From an uncultured Methanomassiliicoccales archaeon (GTDB lineage Archaea > Thermoplasmatota > Thermoplasmata > RBG-16-68-12 > JAJISG01), in the NCBI GenBank assembly GCA_964347325.1, contig CAYFYA010000005.1, forward strand, positions 52,984 through 76,983: a stretch of DNA of 24,000 bases, read 5' to 3'. Shown one piece after another: positions 23,701 to 24,000 of the stretch (within the stretch, counting starts at the first letter, position 1; each line of letters opens with the position of its first letter). Position numbers and translations under genes: made by a program. Below the pieces are notes generated by a model. The model saw only the letters and a program-made list of their open reading frames with translations, was not told the DNA's origin and searched no databases.

Positions 23701-24000
23701 GTCCAACGGGTCGAACTGATACCAAACCTCCCAGCCATCGCTCATCAGGTCTCCGTCAGTATCCTTATCTGTGGGATCCGTGTCATTCAGGTACTCCTCC
23801 AAATTCGTGAATTGCTCGAAGGCGTCGACGATGCCGTCTCTGTCGAAATCATAACCATCGTCGTCGGAATCGATGGCCGAGTCAGACGGATCACGAGGAT
23901 TCAGCCCATATCGCTCCTCCCACGAGTTGGGAATCCCATCCCCGTCCCAGTCCGGGGGCAGATAATAGATTCCAGCTAGAATGGCCGCCACTACAAGGGC
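17707..24000 (-). CDS. Giant (at least 2097 aa) acidic surface/secreted protein with ~50 thrombospondin type 3-like Ca-binding repeats; the reading frame is open to the right window edge
   Basis: A single 6.3-kb ORF. The frame continues through 23992-24000 (ALV-VAAILAGIYYL, the tail of a hydrophobic anchor or signal). It carries dozens of DxDxDGxxDxxE motifs (for example DTDGDGLIDGVE, DPDSDNDGLLDGIE, DKDSDDDGLADGEE) and recurrent DGxPxxWExxYGLNP-type motifs. Confidence 0.85.
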   Translation of the reverse strand, partial: ALVVAAILAGIYYLPPDWDGDGIPNSWEERYGLNPRDPSDSAIDSDDDGYDFDRDGIVDAFEQFTNLEEYLNDTDPTDKDTDGDLMSDGWEVWYQFDPLDDQDGVNDPDEDLLMNVGEFNFGTPPRIADADSDFLLDSGEVGFETDAYSPDTDEDGLLDSEELFDFFAYDSVRVREQLRMWMPPVKRILQIEQEGHYRLKIPANGILYNPRVLVVNDDKVEDGLEFSADLFATRLNLLGLRVDMADSTRLWDVDLLDYDFVVWSSGDDPNPLPDPIQRPLLIDFVLTGGRLLIEGGDFSTFAWADPAFSGIVLHAVGLEDGGTSRLISIVDHPVTSGFTLNESVLLMRYTGSDADAFFNLADAQPVFQWDFFGDYGVNTFDDNGDVMDGGQIVYMSFDITEVMNVTQQHRLVDNSIRWLNPYPSETTVNLTKLMEAIEVTVEKNGVAIPPTYDNTIITDANRYLSAGYSDIYSFWLRSFDLEAGIYTVIIDLNETSIVGDIPEDFDFTAFLSYILAEKLQLDPLDPDVDGDGLQDGTEVFIGTFPLNVDSDHDGLTDFSEWSRLGTNPLSWDSDGDMLSDGLELGILSDADPASVTDPLDFDTDDDGLYDGWFDADGNDVFSTDELGEDVNQNGRKDLSETDPLKWSTDGDSLPDGWEVRVHVDPLSAIGDDGDDGNPDGDFTRYWTPFTNVMEFNLGTNPKPYDWDGDGTIAGGFELGTDHDEDGLQDGQEAFVLFRTSVVDGAESIENYAAADDWIYFDRNVTDGLPGAAYLFDSVERDVESTSPANARSPGVEGVFRLVDGTRIFYDRDLDRVYIWEPFSDFLDRDGTGTLEGTLYVFVSSGVSIVSSDLPAVGFQGKEIYWRISPFIPDSDYDGLLDGTEALYDKDTDQDGYLNALDLDSDSDGITDFVEQTVHPNTDMDNDGLENMVDLDSDGDGVPDAKEQRPFVDTDTDSIVNLLDKDSDDDGLADGEEDVDSDGFTDVDEPSPLIVDTDADGLTDYEEVIPGVDGYITDPANEDTDGDGLIDGVEVAGWDITVNGATVHVTADPTLPNPDGDLLTDDLEYLFTDPRSGDTDVDFLLDGQEDANLNGKWDPGETNPTDSDTDDDLLVDGIEVGLRTSPLDADSDDDLLLDGIEDTDKDGLTDPGETDPADPDSDNDGLLDGIEDRNRNGAYDTPATFRETDPLDPDSDGDGILDGTENAWDGDTDGDGWINARDQNSDSDALLYDGWVDLDSDNLYDPAEGEDFNRNGVLDPDLSGDPRFDPLNPVIETDPLDNDQDDDGLITGVDPDDTNPDMDGDGLLDGTEDANHNGQWDGFASGETNLTDSDTDDDLLSDGDEVIIHGTDPLDANSDSDSLDDFEEVNSGADGYITNPLDPDSDDDGLDDAEEQTYFTNPNDPDTDGDGIPDEFEARWGQFTGLDPLNGTDAAADFDSDSLTNLEEYELGEFYATHDLDGNGIWNIQDSDDDGDGMPTAWELEFNLIAYDSVDQWKDKDGDSRQNWWEYNDGTNPTLQDTDGDHLADDEWFFASTDPLDKDTDGDGLIDGTEYNGWIVFIIHRVDDIQELPVTSDPTRINSDGDLLTDYDEFVIGTNPRHRDTDGDGLLDHVDPAPLIVERNSPSITDFTISVDVHISLEPIYERVKRTVTESVWNVLTLRWDRVVRTVYETVVTGYREVLDWVKVRGTFKVEDGETTLDTVRIDINGNVKVHRAFIKVGWFSHEVNIGSAIWHGFDVKVRAWDSNDNSAESRTNIAGVADALDAVYDFATQALEILLDLGREALDLLLDGALWVIEQILRPAIEAILSGIQTFAGVQSRFLAPYLDVNGALRDVSGLLNESVNELQIPGPVELLEAGFKVAADFVANGLVAAKDVVSLAYDILRPGIQHLPIPQSVKDMSDRTVEWLLDLAADVAVLVDDMNVATLQALFNSFIDEIETLTGVQLAFTLPDLSSFLAWPEIFDPSNYDLLVSGVNVPSGSVLGVFVTVEVAITLPFGEGPGAEVTLLPALSFYITDAGIDAYLVLATPTTGLSLDGPIDFGLAYGDRDRRQFSLGYGPLAFGITDIEDTPVDVNFTEVVTPYLSYSWALFSFDWP
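19160..22446 (-). repeat. Main coding array of TSP3-like aspartate-rich repeats inside the giant ORF, interrupted by a ~145-aa non-repeat insert at ~21385-21815
   Basis: It runs from LDPLDPDVDGDGLQDG (about 22446) to RDTDGDGLLDHVDP (about 19160). The repeats are degenerate at the DNA level (GAC/GAT-rich periodicity) and are not exact tandem copies. Confidence 0.7.
23500..24000 (-). repeat. N-terminal block of ~7 TSP3-like repeats of the giant ORF
   Basis: DWDGDGIPNSWEERYGLNPRDPSD, DSDDDGYDFDRDG, DKDTDGDLMSDGWEVWY, DADSDFLLD, SPDTDEDGLLDSEE. Confidence 0.65.

Overview
GC-rich window that reads as an archaeal chromosome. Evidence: archaeal-type dtdA, purP, a class I LysRS, an HTH-PyrE-like regulator, tRNAs with A1:U72 and no encoded CCA, and TATA-like boxes 25-35 nt upstream of several gene starts. 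It is densely coded, with many 1-8 nt gene overlaps. Left to right: partial PAC2-like gene, cupin, a Cys-less thioredoxin-fold protein, DtdA, KptA/Tpt1, PurP. Next is a tightly coupled three-gene lipid-type operon (AGPS-like flavoenzyme, GlpD-type G3P dehydrogenase, DAG-kinase-family lipid kinase). Then a four-gene split MgtE/SLC41-like transporter module with two PhoU-like/TrkA-C proteins. Then a bacterial-type glutaminyl-tRNA synthetase flanked on both sides by two diverged tRNA-Gln(CUG) genes on the same strand. Then an operon of the HTH-PyrE-like regulator and a class I LysRS whose KMSKS loop reads DMDSSD, then a PyrD-like gene coupled to a DUF885 gene. The last 6.3 kb is one ORF of at least 2097 aa, extremely Asp-rich, with about fifty thrombospondin-type-3-like calcium-binding repeats and an unrecognisable ~480-aa C-terminal domain. 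The candidates I rate highest are the tRNA-Gln/GlnRS/tRNA-Gln cassette in an archaeal background, the AGPS-GlpD-lipid kinase operon, and the giant surface protein. All calls come from reading the sequence and ORF translations by eye; no searches were run.
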